DNA of 64,000 nt. Source: a virus. How positions within the stretch are numbered: the stretch's first letter is position 1; every line of letters starts with the position of its first letter. The notes beneath the pieces were generated by a model. It searched no databases and was not told where the DNA came from. It saw only the letters and a program-made list of their open reading frames with translations. The stretch is from the IMG/VR virus record IMGVR_UViG_3300025576_000001, positions 12,217 through 76,216 of that record; one strand, given 5' to 3'. Shown here piece after piece: positions 48,428 through 58,023 of the stretch. Position numbers and translations under genes: made by a program.

Positions 48428-48706
48428 ATGCCTTTAGTCGGTTTTTTGTGGGATCCGGAAGCCCTGGAACGATTAGCCGAGATTCCCGGCAAACAGAGAG
48501 CGCAGATCATAAAGAAAGCGCGGGCCTTAATAATAGATTCTCATCCTCCTGGGACAAAGAAATTGTCTGGCATGGAAGGAGAAGACGGAGTACCGCTTTA
48601 CCGCCAGCGTTCAGGTGATTATCGCATTCTCTACGAAGTCAGAACAAAACCACATACGATCATTGTCATTCGAGACGTTGACGACCGAAAGGATGTGTAC
48701 AGGTGA
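48428..48706 (+). CDS. relE: RelE/ParE-family toxin
   Basis: PPGTKKLSG...YRQRSGDYRILYEV...RKDVYR. Confidence 0.85.
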   Translation: MPLVGFLWDPEALERLAEIPGKQRAQIIKKARALIIDSHPPGTKKLSGMEGEDGVPLYRQRSGDYRILYEVRTKPHTIIVIRDVDDRKDVYR

Positions 48707-48870
48707 AGCCAGGGAAGTCCAAGGGCAAGAAGGAACAGGACCAGGAGATGCGGATGCCGGCCAAGGAGTTTGACCGCATCATGGGGCGAGTCATGGGAGC
48801 ACCGGAAACGCCGCGCAAACCGGAGGCCCTGGAGGACAAGCCGAAGGACCAGGAGGGTCAGAAGAAGTAA
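48703..48870 (+). CDS. small basic protein inside the IS1595 element (absent from the ORF track)
   Basis: GTGA overlap; MRMPAKEFDRIMGRVMG; 55 aa. Confidence 0.55.
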   Translation: MKPGKSKGKKEQDQEMRMPAKEFDRIMGRVMGAPETPRKPEALEDKPKDQEGQKK

Positions 48871-48933
48871 CGCTGACCGTCAGCTAGGTATGAGGGCTGA
48901 TTTTCCCCCAGTGTTGTGAAGTGCATACTCGCC

Positions 48934-49149
48934 GAACGCTCCGACGTGCTCGCCGTAGAGCTGCGCAAGCGTGAACGCGAGGTGATAGCCGAATACCTTG
49001 GAAAACACCGTGGCCACGTCGGTGAGACGGCTACGGCGCTTGGCCTGACCAGGCGTGCCCTGGAATACAAGATGGAAGCCCACGGCCTGCGGGAAGAAGC
49101 CGCCAAGGCCCGCGAGCAAGCCGGCATCGGCGGTCCCCGGACGGCATAA
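48934..49149 (+). CDS. Fis-type HTH protein; N-terminus uncertain, possibly truncated by the IS
   Basis: EREVIAEYLGKHRGHVGETATALGLTRRALEYKMEAHGL; abuts the right TIR. Confidence 0.7.
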   Translation, partial: ERSDVLAVELRKREREVIAEYLGKHRGHVGETATALGLTRRALEYKMEAHGLREEAAKAREQAGIGGPRTA

Positions 49150-49333
49150 CTGCGCAATTATCTTCGCATGATAGGGAAATGAGTTACGCACCTATATTCG
49201 CAATGAAGTTGCGCTTCTGCCATTCGGTCCAGTCGGTCATCGGCTACCTCCAAAGGCATCGTGCGCGTGCGAGATGAAAGAGTCAAGTTGTTTTTTAGTT
49301 GCCTTTCGACTTTCGCTATGCTACCGATAGAAC

Positions 49334-49525
49334 ATGAGCAAGAAAACCGTTCCCACAAAAGAAGAGGGTTTCACGCGACTATGGGGCGTCCGTTTCCGAC
49401 CGGAGGAAGCCACTCTCATCGAAGACGAAGCCCGCGCCAAGAACGTGAAGCCCGGTACGTATATCCGCATGGCGGCCATGGAATCTGCACGAATCCATCA
49501 ACGCACGAGAGGAGAAGCCAGGTGA
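49334..49525 (+). CDS. ribbon-helix-helix-like regulator
   Basis: GVRFRPEE..LIE..A...NVKPGTYIRMAA. Confidence 0.6.
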   Translation: MSKKTVPTKEEGFTRLWGVRFRPEEATLIEDEARAKNVKPGTYIRMAAMESARIHQRTRGEAR

Positions 49526-49965
49526 AGGGCCGCTTTGTTTCCCAGAAAGAATTGGCACCATCCACGGCCGTCGCCAAAAATTGGGGGCCTCCGCGTGACG
49601 GTTGGCTGGTCATTGTGCATGCATTCCTAGCACACGTGCGCGTCGCCATCCTGCCTCATCCGTGTCTAGGAACTTCCTGTTGGTTGTGGCAAGGAGCGAG
49701 GGACGATGACTATGGGCTATTCCAGCTCGCTGGGACAAAGGCCTCGACGGCGTGCAGGGCGTCCTGGCTGATCCATCGCGGTCCTATCCCGCATCGACGA
49801 TGGGTCTTGCACAAATGCGACGTCAAGCAGTGTGTCAACCCCGATCATCTATTTCTGGGAAACAACCGCGCGAATAGACAGGATTTCGGGCAGAAGCATC
49901 GGAGCGGCCACCTTGTCCTAGCGGCCGAATACGCCGCCAGTGAGCAATCCAACGGGATAGGATAG
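49522..49965 (+). CDS. HNH endonuclease (HNH_3 / homing type)
   Basis: CWLWQG....YG.F...RASW..HRGPIP...VLHKCDVKQCVNPDHLFLG...N. Confidence 0.85.
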   Translation: MKGRFVSQKELAPSTAVAKNWGPPRDGWLVIVHAFLAHVRVAILPHPCLGTSCWLWQGARDDDYGLFQLAGTKASTACRASWLIHRGPIPHRRWVLHKCDVKQCVNPDHLFLGNNRANRQDFGQKHRSGHLVLAAEYAASEQSNGIG

Positions 49966-50104
49966 CCACTATTTGTCACCATTCGCAACTTTCTAGCGTC
50001 CTAATTTGTCATCACACAACGCGCAACGCCGCTATCTATTCAAAACTATTAGTGCCTTTGACGCGACAGTGCTTGGACGCGATTTTGCAATACCCTAGGT
50101 CAAG

Positions 50105-51606
50105 ATGGCAACGACAAACGCAACGCAGGAGGCCCAGATGACCATGACGCAGACCCGCACACTGACCCGAAGCGAACTCAGCACTATCGCATATGACTAC
50201 GCGCGTGCTGGCGGACGAGACACCTCGATCGAGACTGCGCTCGACCTGCTAGACGGAGCGCGTAGCAGCATGATCGGCCGCGAGGATGTCGCAGAAATCG
50301 AGATCGAGGATGGTGACGCGGAGATCGTGCAGACCGCTCTGACACAAGCAGTCGCGCAGATGATCGAGGATGAGGCAGCTACCGCGTAGTCCCTCTCGCG
50401 GAGCCGGTCGACCGTGGCCGGCTGAGTGAGGAGGATCACACCATGGATCACACCTGGATAGCCGACCGAATCCGCGCCACCGAACGCGCCCCCCAGCCCG
50501 GCGATGCACTCGAGGCCTGCGTGGCAGACGCGCTCCAGGTCGGCTCGCGCGTCGTCCCGCAGCCGACCGGACTGTCCCGCGCTTTCGTCGAGGCGATGTG
50601 GCGCGCGAGAGGAGCAGAGTCGTCAACGACCCCTCCGGCCGTACAAGCAATGAGTTGGGAGAAACTGCCACCCGTCAATGCGGGCGCCGTCGCCTGCCGC
50701 AACTGTGGTTGTGGCGCGCATAGTGACCTGGAGATGGACCGCGTGATAGCCGTCGGCTTTGGCAGCGCTGGATACAGTCGCGACGGTGAGACGCTGTGGT
50801 CGGAAGATCACGCGATGGACGAGAGCGAATACCCGACGGTCGCGCACGTCGAGGAGTTGGCCAAGGCTGACCCGGATCATGACTGGCGCATCTTCTTCTA
50901 TGCGCCGCTGTACGAAGCCGAGTATCAGCGCCAGTGGGACAAGGTGTGGGTGCTCGTTCGCAAGGGAGAGGGCTTCGCGTAATGCCTGCCAGGAGCGCCC
51001 CCTGTCGTGGCTGTTGTGGTAACTGCGGGAAGCACATCCCCATCCCGACATTCGAGGAAGCTATCAACGCCTTGAAGGGCAGCGAGGATCCGGTCTGGCA
51101 CATGGGACACCTCATGCGGTGGTACAGCGGAACACCAGACGAGGGCGACGGCATCGAGGCAATCAAGGTTCGCTGCAAGGACTGCGGCGGGGAAGGCTTC
51201 GCGCCATGAGCTTCGACATCCACGTCACCCTGAAGGCCAAGAGCGCGAAGGCGATTCTCGTCGAGGACGAAGACGGCGAGGAAGTTTGGATCCCCAACAG
51301 TCAGATCGACGACGACTCCGAAATCTGGGAGGACAGCGAGAAGGGCGAAGAGGGCAAACTCGTCATTTCCGAATGGCTCGCAACACAGAAGGGATGGCTA
51401 TGAGCAAAGCATCGACCAAGGCCGCCCGCGAGGCCCGCGACAACTACGAGCGACGCGAGAGAATCGGCGCCGCCTGGTATTTGTTCGAGCTTGCGGTGCA
51501 GGGTATGGTGCCCAAGACGCCCTACTACTTGCTTTCCGAGGCAGAACGCGAAGACCTGCGAGCCCGCGGTGAGACCCTGGGCAAGACGCTGGTGAGGGCC
51601 ACATGA
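50105..51606 (+). CDS. five early hypothetical ORFs (50105-50389, 50443-50982, 50982-51209, 51206-51403, 51400-51606)
   Basis: RBSs and overlaps; two carry CxxC pairs; 51206 has the common phage KAIL...EVWIP.SQI...EWLA..KG pattern. Confidence 0.6.
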
Positions 51607-51880
51607 CCCGCCCCTGGGCCGACACTTTCCCGCGAACGCTTCTCGGCGCGCTGCTGCTCGCCGCGCTGCTGGCGGAAATGCTGGTGATGCTGTGACGTTC
51701 ACCGACGAGGAACTTGCGGGAAGATTCGCGGCAGCATGGGCGAGTGGTGGCACGCGGGACAATCCGCATCCTGGAGAGGCTGACCAATGGAGAGCGGTAG
51801 TCCGCCAGACCCGCCGGGATCCCGTAGCGCGGCCGAGACGCAGCAGCGGGCGGTCTGGCAAGGAATCGCGAAAGTTTTTG

Positions 51881-51909
51881 TTGACGAAATTGTCGAAATT
51901 GTCTAAGGT
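51881..51909 (+). promoter_or_regulatory. sigma70-type promoter with a direct repeat in the spacer
   Basis: TTGACG-N17-TAAGGT containing GAAATTGTC twice; GGAGG RBS downstream. Confidence 0.6.
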
Positions 51910-51930
51910 CATTCGTGGAGGTCATCCCGC

Positions 51931-52731
51931 ATGTGTAATTTCCTCTCTGGCGTTTCGCTGAAGCCGACCGACGGTCGCACGTTGGGCGATTTGATCTGCG
52001 ACCCCGAACACACCGACGAGCATCACATCCTGATCGCGTCTCGTAACGTGCGCGACGACGAACAGGCATATTTGCAGGCCAATCTCGCGCGGTGGGAGTT
52101 CACGCCTCCAGAGAACAAGGCTGATCTGCTGGACCTGAAGAAGTGGATGTTTACCGTAGACGAGCGAGAGAGTCCGCCATGGTTTGACCTCGCGGCAGAG
52201 CGCGAGCGAGCAGAGGGAATCGTAGCCCGCATGATCGTGCGAGACAGGCGTGCGGCGCTTCTTGGCGGGTGCTGGATCTTCGCCGGGAAGTATGCTGGAG
52301 CTGGATTCGTGAAAGGTAGGATCATCGCTTCTGTTGACGGCGCGAACCTGTCCCGCGCGACCCTGTCCCGCGCGAACCTGTCCCACGCGACCCTGTCCCA
52401 CGCGACCCTGTCCCACGCGAACCTGTACGGCGCGAACCTGGACGGCGCGAACCTGTCCCACGCGACCCTGGACGGCGCGAACCTGGACGGCGCGACCCTG
52501 TCCCACGCGAACCTGGACGGCGCGAACCTGTCCCACGCGACCCTGTCCCACGCGAACCTGTCCCACGCGAACCTGGACGGCGCGAACCTGGACGGAGCGA
52601 CCCTGTCCCACGCGACCCTGGACGGCGCGAACCTGGACGGCGCGACCCTGGACGGCGCGAAGATCCACAAAGGCGCCACGCTGCCCGATGGCTGGATTCG
52701 CACGGACGCCGGAATCATCGTGAAGAAGTAG
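51931..52731 (+). CDS. pentapeptide repeat protein
   Basis: About 21 A(N/T)L(S/D)(H/G/R) repeats encoded by 15-bp units at ~52336-52660. Confidence 0.9.
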   Translation: MCNFLSGVSLKPTDGRTLGDLICDPEHTDEHHILIASRNVRDDEQAYLQANLARWEFTPPENKADLLDLKKWMFTVDERESPPWFDLAAERERAEGIVARMIVRDRRAALLGGCWIFAGKYAGAGFVKGRIIASVDGANLSRATLSRANLSHATLSHATLSHANLYGANLDGANLSHATLDGANLDGATLSHANLDGANLSHATLSHANLSHANLDGANLDGATLSHATLDGANLDGATLDGAKIHKGATLPDGWIRTDAGIIVKK

Positions 52732-52733
52732 TC

Positions 52734-52949
52734 ATGGGGAAGCTCAACAAACAGTACCTCGCCGAGATGGCCCGCAAGGGCTGGATCACGGTATCGGCCG
52801 CCGCGAAGCTGTGCCGCCGTCATCGCGCGACGGTCTACTACTGGATCAACAAGGGATACGTCGCCCGCTGCGAAGTGAACGCCGGCAAGCGCAGGACGCT
52901 GTTCGTCGAGCGCGCGAGCCTCGGCAAGCTGGCAGGAGGCGCGCCGTGA
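52734..52949 (+). CDS. excisionase / MerR-like HTH protein
   Basis: ITVSAAAKLCRRHRATVYYWINKG. Confidence 0.7.
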   Translation: MGKLNKQYLAEMARKGWITVSAAAKLCRRHRATVYYWINKGYVARCEVNAGKRRTLFVERASLGKLAGGAP

Positions 52950-53661
52950 CGCCGGCCGAGCGCAACCGCATCGACCGAGCGGCCATCTACTTCATGGCGC
53001 ACAAGATGGGATTCCCGCGAGTCAACACACTGGAAGCCCCGCTAGCGCGCCAGATATTCGGCAACCTATCGCGCTTCGCGCGGGAACAGGTCGAACTGGA
53101 CCGGCGCAAGCGCGGGAAGGACAAGGAGACCGAGACATGATCTGGACATCCTACGTGGTCGCAACTTCCGAGGCGGATGCGCGCGAAATGGCCGAAGGTG
53201 CGACTCTGCTGATCAGTGGCCTGGACAACGCGCGCAAGTCGCTTAGCAACTATCATAATGCATTCCCCGGTTCGGGCTACCGGCTGTTCCAGGTACGCCA
53301 CGAGGACGTGCCCGTCATCGACATTTGCCTGGCCAGCGACGAGGCCGAAGACGCGGCCGAACGGGTCGCCGTCGCAGATGCAAAGGGAGACTGAGCCATG
53401 GAGAAGGGTGTTCTCAGGCGCACGGTTTCACTCGACGTGAAGGCCGAACCTATCGAGTGGGGCGCAATGTTCGGCTCTAGCGACGACGAGGAGCAGGCCG
53501 AGATGCTGGACGCCGCAGTGGCCGAAATGTCGAGCACCGAGAGCGGGCCGTGGGGTGCCGAAAAGCAAGCACAGTACCTCGCCAGACGCATCCCAAAGAA
53601 CAGCGCAACGGCCACATGGCTGCGCGCTCTGGTGGCATTCATCGACGGCAAGGGAGACTGA
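52946..53661 (+). CDS. three small hypothetical ORFs (52946-53140, 53137-53394, 53398-53661)
   Basis: Coupled overlaps and RBSs. Confidence 0.55.
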
Positions 53662-53663
53662 CC

Positions 53664-54752
53664 ATGGAACTCAAGACGATCCGCTGTAGTTCGCTGCCAC
53701 TAGCCTTCACTTGCCCTGGCTCAATCCACGGCGACGGCCCGCTAGTCGACATGACCCACGACGCGAGCGCCGACGGGACCGCCGTACACGCCGGGCTTGC
53801 GTCCCTTGTGCGCGGGATGGAGCCCGAGGCCGCGCACGAGTTGATGCTGGCCGAGCACCCGGCGTGCAATCGCGGCGAGGTGACGCCGCTATTCTGGGCC
53901 GGCGTCAAGATGTGGGGCGAGATTCAGAAGTGGATGCCGTATGCTGTCCAGGAACTAGCCCTACACGACGGATACTTATCCGGCCACATGGACGCCGCCA
54001 CACAGGTGGAGACAAGCGGAATCATTTTGGACTGGAAATCCGGGCGCAAGGACCACGACTATCACCACCAGGGCTTCGGGTATGCGTGGCTCGCAATGCA
54101 GGACACGGGCGAGTTGACTTCGGCTACCGTTCACTTCGCCTGGCTCCGTGAGCGCGAACTGGAGTCCTACACCGTGGACCGCGCCCGTGCCGATGCCTGG
54201 TATCAGCAGCTCCAGGACGAGGTGGTGAACTGGAGCGGCAAATACCACGCCGGCCCTCACTGCACATTCTGCCCGCGCCGGACTTCTTGCCCGGCCGTGA
54301 CGGCGCTGGTCCGGCAAGATGTGGCAATGTTCGCGGACGGCAAGACGTTCGAGCTATCGACCTGCACCGGCCCGGAACTGTGCGGGCACTTCCGCAAGAT
54401 CAAGATGCTCCAACGATTCCTCGAAGCGGCCGAACGAAACGCCCGCGTGGAAATCAGCCACCGCGTCGAAGTCGACGACGGCGAGGGCGGTGTGATCCAC
54501 ATGGTCCCGACGAAGGGCAACCGCGAGATCGCACCGTTGGCCGCGTGGCCCATCCTGAGCGCGCGGCTCACCGACCAGGAGATGGCGGGCGTCGTCGAGA
54601 TCGGGGTGGGCAGGCTGGAGGACGCCATCAAGGCGAAGGCTCCGAAGGGCAAAGGCGCGGGCGCGATCCGGGAGGTATTCGCAGAGCTGGAAGCGGCCGG
54701 CGCGGTTTCGCGCGAGCCGGGAGCCAAGCTAGTCGATGAACGTCGCCGATGA
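53664..54752 (+). CDS. PD-(D/E)xK Cas4/RecB-like exonuclease
   Basis: CPGS, GTAVH, GHMD, ILDWKSG, Q...YA, GPHCTFCPRRTSCP. Confidence 0.85.
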   Translation: MELKTIRCSSLPLAFTCPGSIHGDGPLVDMTHDASADGTAVHAGLASLVRGMEPEAAHELMLAEHPACNRGEVTPLFWAGVKMWGEIQKWMPYAVQELALHDGYLSGHMDAATQVETSGIILDWKSGRKDHDYHHQGFGYAWLAMQDTGELTSATVHFAWLRERELESYTVDRARADAWYQQLQDEVVNWSGKYHAGPHCTFCPRRTSCPAVTALVRQDVAMFADGKTFELSTCTGPELCGHFRKIKMLQRFLEAAERNARVEISHRVEVDDGEGGVIHMVPTKGNREIAPLAAWPILSARLTDQEMAGVVEIGVGRLEDAIKAKAPKGKGAGAIREVFAELEAAGAVSREPGAKLVDERRR

Positions 54753-54817
54753 AAAGCCAAACGCCGCTGCTTGCTTTCGCGAGACAACGGCGTTAGGGTG
54801 TCAGTTGGAGGCTGACC

Positions 54818-55417
54818 ATGAAAGATTCTCATAGTTGCATTCGTAAGGCAAGACCAGAGTGTTCTCTCGGATGTCATCGCCCCGTTCTTGCTCGGGGACT
54901 CTGCCGGCATTGCTACAAATGGGCCAGTAAGCGCAAGCTGCTTACAAGGCGTTCCATAGCTGAGAGATTCTGGGCAAAGGTGCGGCGTGCCCCTTCCCGC
55001 CATCCAGTTTTGAAAACCTTCTGTCTATTGTGGACAGCTGCACATCACCCAGATGGATACGGAAGTTTTGGCTATTCTCCTGGAGTGATCATGAATGCGC
55101 AGCGGGCGGCGTGGATATTGCGGTTTGGTTCAATCCCAGAGAACATACACGTACTTCATAAGTGCGACGTACCCTCCTGTGTAAATGTCGAGCATCTATT
55201 CCTAGGTACACAGAACGACAACAATAAAGATGCTGGCAGGAAAGGCCGCCTTCCCTGGGGGGAGAAACATCACAATAACAAATATACTAGGCAGCTCGTG
55301 CGCGTAGCTAGACAGTTGCGTGCGCGGGGCAATGGCTTTCGAGAAATTGCAGAAAGAATGTCCATCCCGATTGGCACAATCTACGGATGGAATACGAATA
55401 GGTGGCAGCATCTATAA
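54818..55417 (+). CDS. HNH homing endonuclease
   Basis: ERFWAKV, GYGSF, VLHKCDVPSCVNVEHLFLGTQNDN, C-term HTH; lower GC. Confidence 0.88.
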   Translation: MKDSHSCIRKARPECSLGCHRPVLARGLCRHCYKWASKRKLLTRRSIAERFWAKVRRAPSRHPVLKTFCLLWTAAHHPDGYGSFGYSPGVIMNAQRAAWILRFGSIPENIHVLHKCDVPSCVNVEHLFLGTQNDNNKDAGRKGRLPWGEKHHNNKYTRQLVRVARQLRARGNGFREIAERMSIPIGTIYGWNTNRWQHL

Positions 55418-55429
55418 AAGGAGATTCCC

Positions 55430-56311
55430 ATGGACAACGAGAACAACGAATTGCAGACCTTCGACCCTTCGACGGGCGAGATCGATCAGATCGTCAACAT
55501 CACCTCGGCAGGCGCGATCGCGCGATCTGAGGTGGAGTGCCAACTGGACGCCGCCCACAAGTATCCACGGTTCACCGCCCGGCGCGGGATCAAGCAGTGG
55601 AGCGACGAGGTGCTGACCCTCGCGACGCTGACCAAGGAGGTGGCCGAGGCGTGCATCTACACGCTGCCCCGCAAGGACAAGAACGGCGTGCCGAAGCCCA
55701 TCGTTGGTCAGTCGATCCGGCTGGCCGAGATCATCGCGTCCACCTGGGGCAACATGCACGTCGCATCCCGCATCGTTGGCGAGGAAGAAGGCGCCATCGT
55801 GGTCCAGGGCGGGGCGTGGGATCTCGAAAAGAATCTGCGGGTGACGGCGGAAGTGCGGCGAAACATCACGACCCGCAATGGTCAACGCTTCAGCGAAGAC
55901 ATGGTGACGGTGACGGCCATGGCGGCATCGAGCATCGCCCGGCGCAACGCCATCTTCTCCGTGGTGCCCAAGGCATACCGCGATCCGATCTTCGCCCGCA
56001 TTCGCGCAGTCGCCACCGGGACAGCGGCCGACCTGGAGAAGCGGCGGGGCGAGGTGCTGGACAAGCTGGTCAAGCTCGGGGCCAAGCGCGCGAACATCTG
56101 CCCGGCCATCGGCGTGGCGTCCGAGGCTGACATCGGCATCGACGAACTGGCGCTCTTGATCGGGCTTGGTACGGCCATCAAGGATGGCGGCTCAACGGTC
56201 GAGCAGGCATTCCCGGACCCGGTACAAGCGCCCGCACCGACGCAGGCCGAAGAGGGTCGCCGCATGAAGCTCGGCGACAAGGGCAAGCCGGAACCTGGCT
56301 CTGCCGGCTAA
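55430..56311 (+). CDS. putative recombination (single-strand annealing) protein
   Basis: IYTLPR...GQSIRLAEIIA..WGN; sits next to the exonuclease. Confidence 0.55.
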   Translation: MDNENNELQTFDPSTGEIDQIVNITSAGAIARSEVECQLDAAHKYPRFTARRGIKQWSDEVLTLATLTKEVAEACIYTLPRKDKNGVPKPIVGQSIRLAEIIASTWGNMHVASRIVGEEEGAIVVQGGAWDLEKNLRVTAEVRRNITTRNGQRFSEDMVTVTAMAASSIARRNAIFSVVPKAYRDPIFARIRAVATGTAADLEKRRGEVLDKLVKLGAKRANICPAIGVASEADIGIDELALLIGLGTAIKDGGSTVEQAFPDPVQAPAPTQAEEGRRMKLGDKGKPEPGSAG

Positions 56312-56438
56312 CCAACTCACACGAGGCGCGCAACCGTGGCGGCTCTGCGCGCTCCACACGGGCCGAGGAGAATCGCACCCAGGTGCAAGTCCTGGGCGGC
56401 CCACTGAGAGGACACGATACCCACCGAAAGGACGACCA

Positions 56439-57305
56439 ATGCCAACGCAGAAGACCCCCAGGAAGACCGCGCGTAAGACGAATCCCGTCGCTGACTACAT
56501 CCTGCCACCCGGCAAGGCGCTTGTCCTGCGCACGTGCAAGGCCGATATGTCGAGCAATTCGGAATACGCCAACGGCTTCAGGTGGCCGAAGTCTGGCCTG
56601 GTGAAATGCGACGATTGGCAACCGACGAAGGAATGCGGCCACGGACTGCACGGCCTGTTGTGGGGGGAGGGTGCGGGTAATCTGCTCAATTGGGATGTTG
56701 ATGCCGTTTGGCTCATCGTCGAGATTGATCCGACGACAGCCATTGATCTCGACGGAAAGATCAAATTCCCGTCCGGCGTCGTCGTTTACTGTGGCACACG
56801 TGAGACTGCGCCGAAGTGGCTCAGCGAGCACGGCGGAGCCGGGCGAGCGATCGCCAGCGGGACCGCCACGGCAGGCTACAGCGGGACCGCCACGGCAGGC
56901 TACGGCGGGACCGCCACGGCAGGCGACAGCGGGACCGCCACGGCAGGCGACAGCGGGACCGCCACGGCAGGCTACGGCGGGACCGCCACGGCAGGCTACG
57001 GCGGGACCGCCACGGCAGGCGACAGCGGGACCGCCACGGCAGGCGACAGCGGGACCGCCACGGCAGGCTACGGCGGGACCGCCAAAACGGGTGAGATCGG
57101 AATCATCGTCTGTCGCTGGTGGGACGTAAACAAGGAGCGCTATCGTCTCGCCGTCGGCTACGTTGGTGAGGACGGCATCAAGGCCAACACATTCTATCGA
57201 GCGAATGAATCAGGGAAGTTGGTCGAGGTACCCAATGCCGCGCGGGGCCACGGCGAAAACGCATTGGCTAGTGTTTTAGTGTTTACGAAGGAGCGCGCCC
57301 GATGA
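56439..57305 (+). CDS. phage protein with ice-nucleation-like octapeptide repeats
   Basis: ECGHGLHG.LWGEG N-domain; nine GTATAG(Y/D)(S/G) 24-bp units at ~56859-57074; C-term VGEDGIKANTFY. Confidence 0.85.
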   Translation: MPTQKTPRKTARKTNPVADYILPPGKALVLRTCKADMSSNSEYANGFRWPKSGLVKCDDWQPTKECGHGLHGLLWGEGAGNLLNWDVDAVWLIVEIDPTTAIDLDGKIKFPSGVVVYCGTRETAPKWLSEHGGAGRAIASGTATAGYSGTATAGYGGTATAGDSGTATAGDSGTATAGYGGTATAGYGGTATAGDSGTATAGDSGTATAGYGGTAKTGEIGIIVCRWWDVNKERYRLAVGYVGEDGIKANTFYRANESGKLVEVPNAARGHGENALASVLVFTKERAR

Positions 57306-57339
57306 CACGCGCGAGCGGGGCGGACGAAAGGACGACCAG

Positions 57340-58023
57340 ATGAGCAGAACACGAGGAGCGAAGCGAACGGGTGAGCTAGACAACTTCCCTACACCGGGCT
57401 GGTGTGTGCGGCGCCTTCTCGACATCTGGCAGCCGCCGGTCGGCGTTCTCGTCGAGCCGGCGTGCGGCGACGGCGCAATCATTCGCGAGATTCGCGGGGC
57501 TCAATGGCACTGGATTAGTTACGACGTTCGCGAAGTGCAGACGGTGGCCGAGATGCACCGGCAGTGCGACTTCCTCACTGTGGCGACACCTGGGCCGACC
57601 GTGAAAGCCGTCATCACCAATCCGCCGTACTGCTTGGCCGAGGAGTTCATTCGCAAATCGCGGGCACTGTACCCGAACGCCGAGCTGGTGTTCCTGCTGC
57701 GACTGGCGTTTCTGGCAAGTCACGAGAGACTACCATTGTGGCGAGACATCGGCGTGCCGGACATCATGGTGTTGCCCAATCGGCCGAGCTTTGGCCTCAA
57801 CAAGAAGGGCAAACGCGGAACCGACTCGACTGACTACGCCTGGTTTCGCTGGCCTGCGCGTGGGCCACAAGTCACCGCGTTCGGATGCGTGCGCGTGCTA
57901 GCCGACACGCCAAAGAGCGAGCGGATCGCCGCAGACCCGCGGCGTGCCGGACATCATGGTGTTGCCCAATCGGCCGAGCTTTGGCCTCAACAAGAAGGGC
58001 AAACGCGGAACCGACTCGACTGA
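57340..58023 (+). CDS. amino-DNA methyltransferase (NPPY type); C-terminus altered by a duplication
   Basis: FPTP.W, EPACGDGAI, VITNPPY, LLRLAFLAS, RPSF, TDSTDYAWFRW. Confidence 0.85.
   Translation: MSRTRGAKRTGELDNFPTPGWCVRRLLDIWQPPVGVLVEPACGDGAIIREIRGAQWHWISYDVREVQTVAEMHRQCDFLTVATPGPTVKAVITNPPYCLAEEFIRKSRALYPNAELVFLLRLAFLASHERLPLWRDIGVPDIMVLPNRPSFGLNKKGKRGTDSTDYAWFRWPARGPQVTAFGCVRVLADTPKSERIAADPRRAGHHGVAQSAELWPQQEGQTRNRLD

Larger units (their letters stand above)
44981..48933 (+). mobile_element. cargo-carrying IS1595-family transposon (ISNwi1-like ends)
   Basis: TIRs GGCGATTATGCACTTGACAACAC (44981-45003) and GTGTTGTGAAGTGCATACTCGCC (48911-48933) match at 21/23; they enclose the transposase and three further ORFs. 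Confidence 0.88.

Noticed and set aside
56439-57305. Functional ice nucleation protein
   Set aside because: Only nine octapeptides, no export signal, and located among early genes.
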